Shown here one piece after another: positions 1-10,782 of a DNA stretch of 64,000 bases. The position numbers and the translations under genes are program-made. A model generated the notes under the pieces. That model had not been told where the DNA came from and did no database searches. It saw only the letters and a program-made list of their open reading frames with translations. Location: positions 1-64,000 of the forward strand of contig CAWHCQ010000040.1 in NCBI GenBank assembly GCA_963827755.1, given 5' to 3'. The first letter of the stretch is position 1. Every line of letters begins with the position of its first letter. This DNA is from an uncultured Gammaproteobacteria bacterium (GTDB taxonomy: Bacteria; Pseudomonadota; Gammaproteobacteria; UBA9214).

Positions 1-970
1 CGTCGATTACTCGGGCCTGACACCGGATACCCTGCTGGATGCGATCGAGGATTGCGGCTACCTGACCGACGGGCGACTGCTGGCGCTCAACAGCTATGAA
101 AACCGGGTCTACCAGGTCGGCGTGGAAGACGGGACGCCGGTCATTGCGAAGATATACCGGCCGGGTCGCTGGTCAAACGAGGCCATCCTCGAGGAACACG
201 CCTTTGCCCTCGAACTCGCGGCCGCGGAACTCCCGGTGGTTGCCCCGCTGTCCATCAATGGATCAACCCTGCACGACTGGCAGGGCTACCGGCTGGCCGT
301 CTACCCCCGCCAGGGTGGTCACTGGCCCGAACTGAGCGCGCGCGAGGAGCGCGAATGGATGGGACGTTTTATTGCCCGCATGCATGCCATCGGCGCATCC
401 CGGCCATTCAGCCACCGGCCGGTGCTGGACATCGACAGCTTTGGCCACCAGTCGCGCACCTTCCTGCTGGAAAACAATTTCATCCCCGCCCATATTGAAG
501 AGGCCTACCTGACGCTGTCGCAAGACCTGCTGGTGCAGATCAGCGCGATCTTTGCAGCTGCCGGCGACATCCGGCAGCTGCGCCTGCACGGCGACTGCCA
601 CCCGGGGAATATCCTCTGGACGGAACAGGGACCGCACTTCGTCGACCTGGACGACTGCCGCACCGGTCCGGCAATACAGGACATCTGGATGCTGATCTCG
701 GGTGATCGTCATGACATGCAATCACAGCTGATCGATATCATCGAGGGTTACGAGCAGTTTTATGAGTTCGACACGCGTGAATTACAGCTGATTGAACCGC
801 TGCGTACGCTGCGCATCATTCACTACGCGGCATGGCTGGCACGGCGCTGCGAAGACCCCGCCTTTCCGCGGGCCTTTCCCTGGTTTTATACAGACCGTTA
901 CTGGGAAGATCATGTGCTCGCACTGCGGGAACAGGCCGGCCTGCTGAACGAACCGGCGCTGGTTGTCTGA
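1..970 (+). CDS. srkA: Stress response Ser/Thr kinase SrkA (RdoA/YihE), 5'-truncated by the window edge
   Basis: Frame open from base 2 (VDYSGLTPDTLLDA...LALNSYENRVY), with KIYRPGRW, LHGDCHPGN, VDLDD and DPAFPRAFPW motifs typical of YihE/RdoA. Confidence 0.93.
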   Translation, partial: VDYSGLTPDTLLDAIEDCGYLTDGRLLALNSYENRVYQVGVEDGTPVIAKIYRPGRWSNEAILEEHAFALELAAAELPVVAPLSINGSTLHDWQGYRLAVYPRQGGHWPELSAREEREWMGRFIARMHAIGASRPFSHRPVLDIDSFGHQSRTFLLENNFIPAHIEEAYLTLSQDLLVQISAIFAAAGDIRQLRLHGDCHPGNILWTEQGPHFVDLDDCRTGPAIQDIWMLISGDRHDMQSQLIDIIEGYEQFYEFDTRELQLIEPLRTLRIIHYAAWLARRCEDPAFPRAFPWFYTDRYWEDHVLALREQAGLLNEPALVV

Positions 971-996
971 TAGTTACACCGATGGAGTGGCACATC

Positions 997-1350
997 ATGC
1001 TGACGAACACCGCCATTGCGCTGGTCGCCCTGCTGCACCTGCTGTTCATGCTGCTGGAGATGTTCCTCTGGAAGAAACCGCTCGGTCGGAAGATCTTCGG
1101 GATGAGCCGCGAGCAGGCCGGGCAGACCGCAGTGCTCGCCGCCAACCAGGGACTCTATAACGGCTTTCTCGCGGCCGGCCTGTGCTGGGGACTGCTGGCC
1201 GCCGGGGATGGAAGAGATATCGTTATCTTCTTCCTTGCCTGCGTCATCGCGGCCGGCCTGTTCGGCGCATACACGGCGAACCGTTCTATCCTGTGGATAC
1301 AGGCGCTGCCGGGGGCTGTTGCACTGGCGCTGTTATTGCTGCCGGTTTGA
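997..1350 (+). CDS. DUF1304 family membrane protein
   Basis: LEMFLW and LAANQGLYNGFLA motifs; GGAG RBS upstream of the ATG at 997. Confidence 0.85.
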   Translation: MLTNTAIALVALLHLLFMLLEMFLWKKPLGRKIFGMSREQAGQTAVLAANQGLYNGFLAAGLCWGLLAAGDGRDIVIFFLACVIAAGLFGAYTANRSILWIQALPGAVALALLLLPV

Positions 1351-1369
1351 GAGATATTATCCGCAGCAC

Positions 1370-2413
1370 TCAGACGGCATGATCGACGGCGCCAAGGTTG
1401 CGCGCTACAGCTGGCTGTCTCAGCTTCCAGATAAACATGTCATAGAAAAAATGCAGGGCCCCGAGAAATGACATAACGAGGGTATAGATCACCACGCTTG
1501 CGAAACTCTCCAGCAGCACAAGGATCGAGGCAATCACCAACAGGTACAGGACGAAGAAACCCGCACGCCCGCTGCGCGCCCTGAGCGCCTTGTCCAGCAG
1601 GCCATCCGCTGTTGCAGGAGCCTTGACCTGGTTACCCAGGCTGCGATTGACAATCACAAAATACTCGAACGCGTGCGCACCCATACCCCCGATCAATCCG
1701 GCAACCGGGTGAAACATCATCAAGGTAAAAAGTGCCGCGCTTGACAGGCAATATAATTGCTTGGCACGGTTCACCGGTCGGGCGCGCTCCTCCCGGAACC
1801 ACATCAGGATCAACAGCAGCGTTGCAACAAGCGCAAATGGTTTCAGCAAAGCCGCAAGCGGACCCAGCCCCGTCAAAAGATCGACAACAGCGGTATTGGT
1901 ATCACCCAGGTCAAGTGCCGATATACTATGCATGGTCGCCGGATCTGCAGCCGCCCATACAATGGCCAGCAACAACCATGTGAACAGCAGGTAAAGTTCA
2001 ACACCACCTGTTCTCTGACCAGTCATCCTGCCGTATATGCGCATTATGCCGTAACGTTGCATCACCGTGTGTTCGGCATTCCACAGGCCTGCCGCCACGG
2101 CCAGCAACAACGGACTGAAACTCACAACCATGAGAACAGCAATACCGAAGACCAGCGGGCTCCAGGTATACAGTTTCGAACGCAGGTCAAACCTTGCCTT
2201 GTCACCGTAAACCAGCACCAGGGTCAGAGGCTGATGTGAGAAAGAGAAAAACAGGACATACAACATGAAGATGCGCAGGGCATCATTTGTATCCTCGATC
2301 AGAATGGCCAGCAAGGCAAAGGGTATCCAGCTAAAGGCCATGACGGTGTCTGTTACCGGCCCGCTGAACCAGTTTACAGATTGCTTCTGCAACTCACCCA
2401 CTGTGCTACGCAT
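1370..2413 (-). CDS. Uncharacterised polytopic membrane protein with four His-containing motifs
   Basis: 347-aa ORF with many hydrophobic segments; motifs SHQPLT, WNAEHTVMQRYG, AHAFEY and LHFFYDMFIWK. Confidence 0.75.
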   Translation of the reverse strand: MRSTVGELQKQSVNWFSGPVTDTVMAFSWIPFALLAILIEDTNDALRIFMLYVLFFSFSHQPLTLVLVYGDKARFDLRSKLYTWSPLVFGIAVLMVVSFSPLLLAVAAGLWNAEHTVMQRYGIMRIYGRMTGQRTGGVELYLLFTWLLLAIVWAAADPATMHSISALDLGDTNTAVVDLLTGLGPLAALLKPFALVATLLLILMWFREERARPVNRAKQLYCLSSAALFTLMMFHPVAGLIGGMGAHAFEYFVIVNRSLGNQVKAPATADGLLDKALRARSGRAGFFVLYLLVIASILVLLESFASVVIYTLVMSFLGALHFFYDMFIWKLRQPAVARNLGAVDHAV

Positions 2414-2655
2414 TTAAATATCTGCCTGAAATTTCTTCCACGCGGCCTTCGCAGCACTGTATATATGGCTGCCTTGCCGCTGATCTGCTGCCATTTCCAC
2501 GGATACGGAAAAGGGTAGCTCGTTTTTGAGAGTCTGCAAGCCGTCGGCTGCCTGTGAGTACAATCAGGCCTGGAAATATCTCAGGCTTCTGTGTTGTCAG
2601 TAGTTGTTTTTTGGCCTATCCTCAAGGTGCAAGGTTAACAAAGGAGGTAGTTGTT

Positions 2656-2751
2656 ATGAAACAGGTCTTACTTAAAATCTGCAGGAAATATGCAAAGCAG
2701 GCGTTGATTGTACCGCTGGCGCTAGTCGTCGTTGCTTGCAGTTCAAATTAA
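2656..2751 (+). CDS. 31-aa small ORF resembling a lipoprotein signal peptide followed by only CSSN
   Basis: Perfect SD AAGGAGGT at 2641-2648; translates as MKQVLLKICRKYAKQALIVPLALVVVA-CSSN; followed by its own terminator. Confidence 0.6.
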   Translation: MKQVLLKICRKYAKQALIVPLALVVVACSSN

Positions 2752-2805
2752 TAAATCAATAAACATAACGTTTTTTCACAATCAGCAGCTGAAGAAATCC
2801 AACAG

Positions 2806-2830
2806 GCCCCTGCCCGCGCAGGGGCTTTTT
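2806..2830 (+). terminator. Rho-independent terminator
   Basis: GCCCCTGC-CCGC-GCAGGGGC stem-loop followed by TTTTT. Confidence 0.8.
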
Positions 2831-2881
2831 ATTGGCAACTATCCGGAAAAATGAGATCCATGAATATTGCCCGGGACTTCG

Positions 2882-4052
2882 TTAAAAGAACCATTCCAGC
2901 GAGGTGTAATAAACATCTGGCTGGTCGCCATATTCACTACTGTCATTTCCTGCAAACAACTGCGCCCCCAGCGTCCAGTCCAGATTGGGAAGAATATTCC
3001 AGGCCAGCGCCGGGGCAAAAAAGACGCTGCTGTCATCGATGTCATAGATCAGCAGGGAACTGACCTTGACCAGGGGTGTAATGTCATAGGACAGGCCTGA
3101 AGCAAGGAAATTACTGTTGCGGGTTTCGATCTCACCGGAAAATACCCTGCGGTTTGAGTCCGGGGTAAATCCACCCGGCGCTGCAGGCTGCTTGACGTTG
3201 CCCTCGTTATAGAGGTACTCGAACATCACGTACAGGGTGTTTCGAAACGAATAGTCCCAGCCCAGCATTGCCTGCCAGTAGTCGTGCCCCGTGTCCGGAT
3301 CTGTATAGGTCGCCTCACCCCGCAAACCGGCACCGCCGAGGTCTCCCGTGAAACCAAAACCGGCAACCCCGTTTTCCCTGAACTCGCCAGCCATCAGGTG
3401 AAGGTCGTACTTGTTGATATTCGTGGTGCGCCTTCAAGCCTGACACTGTTCTTGTCACTGTCATCTCCGGCCGCAAACACGAGGTTCAGGCTCCCTAGCG
3501 GACCCGTGTAATACTCCAGGTTAACTGCATCTACGCCGTCTCTCTGATCCTGCTCGATTTGCAGCGGGCTTACCGGGTTGAACAGGTCAGTCGGATTCCA
3601 TACCCTGCCCACTCCCCATGCAACACGCTGCCTCCCAACGACCAGCTTCGACTTTTCCGTGGAAAAAGTCAGGTGCATCCTGTAAATACTGGCGCGCCAT
3701 AACAGGTCATCACTATCGACGACCTGATGATCAAGGTCCAGCAAGGTATCCGTGGAATCATCCTTCACCAGCTTGAAATCCTGCCGGTCAAGCAGTGTTC
3801 CAAGAAGAAATTCATTATCGATGAATGTTGTGAACTTGATGTTATCGGTAACATCGGTGCTAAACCTGATCCTGAGACGATTCAGGTCACTCCAGAAATC
3901 ATCCTTCGATGAAAGGGGTCTCTGAAATGGTGAAGAAGGTTCTTGTATGAACCGGCAAGGCTGTAGTTATCATGCACACCGAAAAGGCTTTCTGCCGCCT
4001 GTACCGCAGGAGTGAGAAACACAATAAGTACAGTTATTGTCTTTAGTCGCAT
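2882..4052 (-). CDS. Probable outer-membrane beta-barrel protein of the LolA-like/ABC operon, split by at least two frameshifts
   Basis: Signal peptide MRLKTITVLIVFLTPAVQA; fragments 3882-4052, 3394-3768 (GRQRVAWGVG...NPTDLFNP...GVDA) and 2882-3394, ending in aromatic LEWFF. Confidence 0.65.
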
Positions 4053-4143
4053 GACCCTTTTCTCAAAAAGCGCCAACCGGCCTGATACGCATCCCGCCTA
4101 CATATTACATAAATCCTGCCATAAAGTACTGCTGACGCGGCTG

Positions 4144-4836
4144 TTAATCCGCACCGTCCAGGCAGCCATCCCGCATGCGCACTACCCGGCTCACCCTCTC
4201 CATCACCATGGAGTCGTGGGTAGAAACAATAATGGTCACCTGCTTGTCCCGATTGAGTTTTTTCATCAGGTCAAGCAGGGACGCCCCGGTTTCAGAATCC
4301 AGGTTTGCCGTCGGCTCATCTGCCAGGACTATGGCGGGCTGCGTAACGATGGCCCTGGCCACGGCGACCCTTTGCTGCTGCCCTCCCGAGAGTTCGCCCG
4401 GCCTCCTGTCCTCGAGCCCGCCAAGCCCGACCTCCTCGAGAATGGCCCGTGATTTTGCTTGCCTGGTTTCCCTGTCTACACCCTGGAGCAGCATTACATA
4501 TTCAACATTCTCGATGGCGGTCAGCACCGGGATCAGATTGAATTCCTGGAACACGAAACCAATCCGGCGCAGTCGCATCTCGGCCTGCCTGCCACCGGAC
4601 AGGCTGGCAATATCTTTTCCTTCAATATAAATTCCGCCCCCTGTAGGACGATCAAGCGCGCCAATCAGGTTCAGCAGCGTTGTCTTGCCTGAGCCGGACG
4701 GGCCGACAACCGCAAGGAATTCGCCCTTCTCTACTGACAGGTTAACCGCTTGCAGCGCCACCACAGGTATCCCGGACCTGTCATAGACTTTTCTCAGCTC
4801 GACTGTACGAACACTCTCCAGGGCGGATTCAGACAA
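4144..4836 (-). CDS. ABC transporter ATP-binding protein, LolD/MacB-like
   Basis: Walker A GPSGSGKT, signature LSGGQQQRVA, Walker B LADEPTANLD. Confidence 0.93.
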   Translation of the reverse strand: MSESALESVRTVELRKVYDRSGIPVVALQAVNLSVEKGEFLAVVGPSGSGKTTLLNLIGALDRPTGGGIYIEGKDIASLSGGRQAEMRLRRIGFVFQEFNLIPVLTAIENVEYVMLLQGVDRETRQAKSRAILEEVGLGGLEDRRPGELSGGQQQRVAVARAIVTQPAIVLADEPTANLDSETGASLLDLMKKLNRDKQVTIIVSTHDSMVMERVSRVVRMRDGCLDGAD

Positions 4837-6059
4837 ATCGCATTGCCTCGACCGGTTCCAGCCGTGCCGCCTTGATAGCCGGATAAATCGTTACCACGAG
4901 TGTGGTAAGGAACACCGCAAGTGCACACAGGGAGACGTTGTATATATCGGTATACGGGTATACGACCGGATGCAGGCTCGACACAAGCTCCATTGCCCCT
5001 GACCAGTCCGAGAGATCGAAACCATCGATTGAAATATAACTGTTGACCGCAATACCGACAATTACACCGAGAATGGTGCCGACAAGACCGAGGATCAATG
5101 ACTCCAGCATTACCAGCGACACTATACTGTGCCGGCCTGGTTCCCAATGCCATCATTACACCAAACTCCCTGGTGCGCTCCATGATCGACATCAACATGG
5201 TGTTCAATATTCCCAGTGACACGACTACCAGAACGATCGCAAGCACAACGTACATAAATACGGAACTCAGCTCGATCATCTCCCTTGCCTGCGGCAACAG
5301 GATGTTCCACGGCAGCACATCAAAACCGTTTGAGCCGATTTCTCTTTTCAGAAAACCGGTAACGGGCTGAACATACTCGGGACCATCCAGAATCAATACA
5401 ACTTCTGTAACCCTGTCATTGATTACCGCAAGTTCCTGTGCATCCTTGATGGAAATAACAGCGAGATGTTTATCAAGATCAACGGCACCCGCCCTGAATA
5501 TCCCTTTCAATCGAAACAATTCGGCGCCAATAGAGCCATCGGCTGCCTGTATCATCAATACCAGCTTGTTTCCTATATTCGCATGCAGTCGACTGGCCAG
5601 CCCATATCCCAGCAATATTTCCCTGCTGGCATCCTGGTCAAGGTATTCACCTTTGACCATTCTTCGATCAAAACCGGCGATCGCTTTCTCCTTTTCAATA
5701 TCGATACCCCGAATCAGTACTGCAACGGAATTTTCTGCTGTGGACGCAAGTCCATGAACATGAACCCGCGTTGTATATGCCCTCAGCCCCCCCGCTTTTC
5801 TGGCTGCCGCTTCAAGGTATTCTGCGTTTTTTATATTCCTGTTTAGATTGCGGCCTTCATAATAATCATCTGCATAGATAACCACATGCCCTGCATACAA
5901 CTTTACGGAATTCTCGACCCACTGTGCATGAAACCCGTCGGTAAATCCGAAGAAAACGATAATCGATGCCAGGCCGAAGATGATAGCTGCGAGTGAAATC
6001 AGGGTACGCCTGTGGTTTCTTACGATATTCCGCCAGGCTATCTTGATAAACAGCCGCAC
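4829..6059 (-). CDS. FtsX/LolC-E-like ABC permease (frameshift near 5125)
   Basis: AWRNIVRNHRRT start and ERTREFGVMMALG motif; the C-terminus continues in ORF 4829-5122 (YPAIKAARLEPVEAMR). Confidence 0.85.
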
Positions 6060-6063
6060 GGCT

Positions 6064-6850
6064 TCACCTCGCTCCCTTCAGATTCTGAATCGAGAAAACA
6101 GAATCATCTATATCGATATCAATCTGCAGGTCGATCACTTCCATGACTGTTTTCCGGCCTGGCTTCTTTACCGGCGTCATCTCCCAGAACACGGGGATTT
6201 CCCTGCCGCGAATGCGCCTGATGTCCCTGAAGTCCAGCACCCTGATCAATTCACCGTCTTCGTTAAAGAATTCCTGCCGCAAGGGCATCGAGTCCACAAT
6301 CCTTACCCATGCAAGTATCTTTCCCCAGACTACCGGGGCTTCCGGCATCGGCAGCAACTCGACCTTGTAGGCCTCCTCGCCACGAATCAGCACTTCTTCC
6401 AGCACCTTGTGACTGTAGTCCCTGACGATGCTGGAAGCCTTCACCAGGTCGTCGTTGCTGAAATCACTGCCCATCCAGGGCTGCATCATCATCGAGGGAG
6501 GAATCTTGATTACCCGTTCAACGCGCGGCAAGTAGTTCCACATTTCATGGATTATCTTCAGGGTCACAATGCCGGCTTCTTTCGGCGGTGAAAGCACCTC
6601 GATAAAGGTCCTGTTATCCACCCGCTTCTCCCATGCCTTGAGTGTCAGGGTTCGCTGCCAGTCAGGGTCTGTAATGGACATCCGGTACACGCCAAAACTG
6701 GAGTCACCCCTGAGGATCAGGTCCATTTTCCTGATGATTTCCCCGGCATCTGCAGGGTCCTTGCAAAACGAACCTGAGGATGCCGCGAGCAGAAACAGCA
6801 GCAGCCCTGCCCGCCGTCAACAGTCGTGGAAAACAGGACTGCCTGCTCAT
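6064..6850 (-). CDS. LolA-like outer membrane lipoprotein-sorting protein (frameshift in the signal-peptide region)
   Basis: MWNYLPRVERVIKIPPSMMMQPWMGSDFSNDDL motif; the upstream ATG at 6850 is one base out of frame with ORF 6064-6726. Confidence 0.8.
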
Positions 6851-7003
6851 TTGAGTATAGCCGGGGAACATGTACACACAAGAACGATAATAATTCCGGC
6901 GCCTGTGCTTATCCAGTGATAAATTTGAAAGCAGGCTGCAAAAAGACGCGTTTGCATCCCGTATTATTCAGGCTGCGCCGAACGGCCATGCCTGGCAGAT
7001 CGT

Positions 7004-9863
7004 TTACGCGATCTTGTAAACCCCGATCACCTTGTCGTCCAGCGGCATGGGCCTGGATATCCCGTAACCCTGTGCATAATCAACACCAATCTCTTCAAGC
7101 TTCTTCAGAATTTCATTATTCTCGACAAACTCGGCAATGGTCTTTATACCCACCAGACTGCCAAGCTGGTGTATGGCGCTTACCATCGCACAGTCCACCG
7201 CATCTGATTCCATACCCTTCACGAAACTTCCATCGATCTTGAGATAATCAACGGGAAGATTTTTCAGGTAAGCAAACGAACTGAGGCCGCTGCCGAAATC
7301 ATCAAGTGAAAACCGGCAACCCACCTTCTTCAGGCCGCTTATGAAGTCCACGGCTGCATCCAGGTTAGCTATGGCAGCCGTCTCGGTTATTTCAAAACAT
7401 ATCTTTCGCGGGTCCACGCCATACTCCGTCAGCTCATGCCTGATAAATTTCATGAAGTCATTATCAGTGACCGAGGCGCCGGACAGGTTGATCGACATGG
7501 TGTCCAGGCTGCCCGCGTCAATTGCAACCCTGTTTTCTGCATACCAGGCGAAACCATGGCTTACCACCCAGCGGTCAAGGCTGGTAATCATGTGATAGCG
7601 CTCCGCAGCAGGCAGAAAAACATCAGGCGGAATAATTCCTCCGTCGGCATCCAGCATTCTCACCAGCACTTCAAAATGACAGCCGGCATCTGCACTCCGA
7701 CCGACCGGAGCAATTTCCTGGCAGTAGAGTACAAGCCTGTCCGCCTCGATCGCGGCGCTCAGTTTCGACACCCACTGCATTTCAGTATGCCGCCGCGCCA
7801 GCTCATGGTCCCCCGGCTCGTAGACGTGCAGCCGGCTGCCACCGAGGTCCTTTGCCGCATAGCAGGCAAGATCCGCCGCACTCATTACACAGGTGACGCT
7901 TTCGGACTCCCCGTCCACACTCACCATACCGAGACTAACGGTCGTATCAAGTCCACTTTCACTGGCGGAAAATTTCATCTCCGTGACGGCCTCAAGCATT
8001 GCATCCGCAACAATAACGGCGTCTTTCATGGAACAATTCTTCAACAGCATCCCGAACTCGTCACCACCGATCCTGGCCAGGATATCGGCTTCCCGCAAAC
8101 ATGACTGCAGAACTTCAGTGACTTCCATGAGCATCCTGTCACCGACCTCATGACCGCAGGTATCATTTACCAGCTTGAACTGGTCGATATTCAGACAACA
8201 GAGGACATTTTTTTCACTTCCGGCTGCCTGTCGAACCGATCACATGGTCAAGTTGATTTTCGAATTCATGGCGATTGATCAGGCCGGTCAGTGAATCATG
8301 CGTGGCCTGGTACGAAATCTTTCGTTGCAGCTTGCGTGTTTCAGTGACATCGGTAAATACGATAATCACACCCAGCGCGTCACCTTCTTCATTCTTGATG
8401 GGCGAGATGGAATACTGGATGGAAAATGCCTCGCCATCATGCCGTCTCAGGCCGTTATCCTTGCCGGACTTGATGGCACCGGCAGTCGCCAGGCAACGGC
8501 TGACAGGGTTCTCAATTGATTCGCGGCTGTCCTCGTCAAACAGGCAGAAAACCCTCGAAATTGGAAGCCCGTGGGCGATCTTGTTGACCCAGCCTGTCAA
8601 CTGCTCTGCCATCGGGTTGAGGTATTCAATCTGTCCATTCACATCCGTTGTAATTACCGCATCCGCGATTGAATGCAGCGTGACATGGACGCGGTCCCGC
8701 TCCGTCTGCAGCTCGAACTCGGCCCGTTTCCGGTCTGTTATATCGAGCATATAGCCGGAATAATGGGTGATCTCCCCGACTCCGTTTATTACCGGCACCA
8801 TGTAATCGTAAACCCAGCGTAAATTGCCGTCCGCACACACCAGGCGGTAGTCGAGACCCAGGGACAAAAGCCCGCTCCTGCCAACCAGCATTTCGGTCTC
8901 TTCGACGCGCTGCAAATCGCCCGGGTAGATGAAATCCGCATAGGGCATCTGGTGCCTCATGATCTTTTCAGCGTCATAACCAAAACCGGAAATCGTTTCG
9001 GAAATATATTCAACAGGCCAGCCGCTCTCTGCACGGCAGCGGTATACAATGACGGGTCCCTCGGTAAACAGCTGTCTTTCCCGCAGCAGTTCAGTCTCTG
9101 CATCCTGTCGGGTTGTGACTTCTGTTTCAAGGCTGGCATTGGATAAAGCCATCTTCTGCAGCAGGTCCTGGTGCTCCTGCTGCAATTGCAGTGACTTGAA
9201 CGTGTTGTTACAGGTATTGCGCGAGATTGCCAGCAGGACACAACCACCAAGCAGGAACAGCAGACCCATTACACTCTGGCTCCAGATATACTGGGTCAGC
9301 AGGGACTGCGTAAAAATAAGAATTGAAGGCGCCATAAAGGCTACGTAGATACCGGTGATCGCCGAGTAGGATGAAACGGCTCCTGCCTGCAATCCTGTCA
9401 TGCAAATGACAACGAGCACCTGGTATTCTGCAGGCCAGCCGGAACTGTATATCAGGCCAATGCAGCCCCAGGCGATTCCTGCAAAAAGTGTTCCGATGAG
9501 GAAAAATACTTCCCACCGCGGGTCATCACGCGCTTCCCGGGTGGCCGTCCGGTAGCGGTACACATGCCACAGGCGGACACTCGTCAACAGCACTTGCACC
9601 CCTAACCAGGCAAGCAAGTGTGATCGGTCGGCCACACCCCAGAGACTCGCGGTAAGCAGCAGCGCAACAATGAAAGCCCCCAGCAGCGCTGCGGGCGCCT
9701 GCGTAAAGACGATGTTGACCTGCTGCTGGTGTATGCCGGGCTGCGGAACGGACGCGCCCGCTTCAACGACCGCCGGCGATTCGGGCAAACCGGGCGAATT
9801 TTCCCCTGGCGCGTTCGCGCCTTCTAAAGGACAACAGGAATCGGCTGAAAATGCTGTTTTCAC
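7004..9863 (-). CDS. Membrane-anchored PAS-PAS-GGDEF-EAL diguanylate cyclase/phosphodiesterase (frameshift at the T-run 8208-8214)
   Basis: N-terminal TM helices, two PAS/PAC domains and HDSLTGLINR in ORF 8214-9863; RxxD...GGDEF, EVLVRM, EITE and DDFGSG in ORF 7004-8134. Start codon uncertain. Confidence 0.88.
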
Positions 9864-9870
9864 CTGAGTC

Positions 9871-9897
9871 CTATCGGCCGGCCGGCGGGAAAATTGA
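9871..9897 (-). promoter_or_regulatory. sigma28 (FliA)-type promoter for the GGDEF-EAL gene
   Basis: TCAA-N15-GCCGATAG on the minus strand, immediately upstream of the ORF. Confidence 0.6.
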
Positions 9898-10066
9898 GCC
9901 CCCGCGTATCCGCCAGGGCGGCCGTCGCCGGCGACGCCTCTCGGGAACCCGGGATTACTTAATAAGTAGCTGTATTAAAATATATTTTTATAGATGCACT
10001 GGCGTGGAATCAAGCCCCGGACCGCAGGCGTATGGCCATACACAGGGTGCGCCTCGCATGGGATCC

Positions 10067-10140
10067 TCACTTATCACTATCACTTCTATCACATCTATCA
10101 CTTATCACCTATCACTTCGCCCTTACCACTTGTCACTTCT
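10067..10140. repeat. Degenerate short tandem repeat of TATCAC
   Basis: Six TATCAC copies between 10072 and 10115 plus TACCAC and TGTCAC variants; overlaps the 3' end of the DUF2919 gene. Confidence 0.7.
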
Positions 10141-10658
10141 CCCTTCTTGCGCCTCGCTTCCTTACCCTCCTCGCCAGCCACCGGGAAATCGGCAAATGTG
10201 TCCCTGACCCGCCGCGACACCAGCAGGTAGGCAAGGATGCAGGCGGCAATCACCAGCTGCCCCCAGCCCAGCAGGTTGATCTGGTAGGCCATGCCGACAA
10301 GCGACGGCACGAAGACAATCACGATATTCAATACCGCCGTTAACAGCAGCAGCTTGCCGCTGTTGCGCCAGAGTGTACGCACATGCTCCGTCGCCTCCGG
10401 TTTGCGCTTCATATAGGCATAGATGACCAGGAATACCGGCAGTGTCGCCAGGACCGCGAGGAAGAACCCGAAGTCATGCGGATAGACAAGGTCCTTCAGG
10501 CCGCTCACACTCGCCGATTTTGCGCCAAAGCCCATCTGTATCGTTGATGCCTTGAGGATCAAAGGTCTCAGGAAATAGGCGATGATCAGCCAGAGTTCGA
10601 AATTTATCTTCAGTGAAAGATATTTGTCGTAATCGGAAAAATTATAAAGTTTTGACAT
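10098..10658 (-). CDS. DUF2919-like membrane protein
   Basis: N-terminal YDKYLSLK..LWLIIAYFLRP and C-terminal YLLVSRRVRDTFADFP pattern; about four TM segments. Confidence 0.65.
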   Translation of the reverse strand: MSKLYNFSDYDKYLSLKINFELWLIIAYFLRPLILKASTIQMGFGAKSASVSGLKDLVYPHDFGFFLAVLATLPVFLVIYAYMKRKPEATEHVRTLWRNSGKLLLLTAVLNIVIVFVPSLVGMAYQINLLGWGQLVIAACILAYLLVSRRVRDTFADFPVAGEEGKEARRKKGEVTSGKGEVIGDK

Positions 10659-10736
10659 CAGTGTATTCCCGTAACTGCCAATGCATATATACCGGTAGCG
10701 TAATCATGTAATTAAAAGTCAGCAATCCCGGCAAAC

Positions 10737-10764
10737 GAAAAAGGCGGCCTGGGCCGCCTTTTTC
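10737..10764. terminator. Bidirectional-type terminator after fba
   Basis: GAAAAAGGCGGCC-TG-GGCCGCCTTTTTC inverted repeat. Confidence 0.85.
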
Positions 10765-10782
10765 AATCCTCATCCAGCTGAT

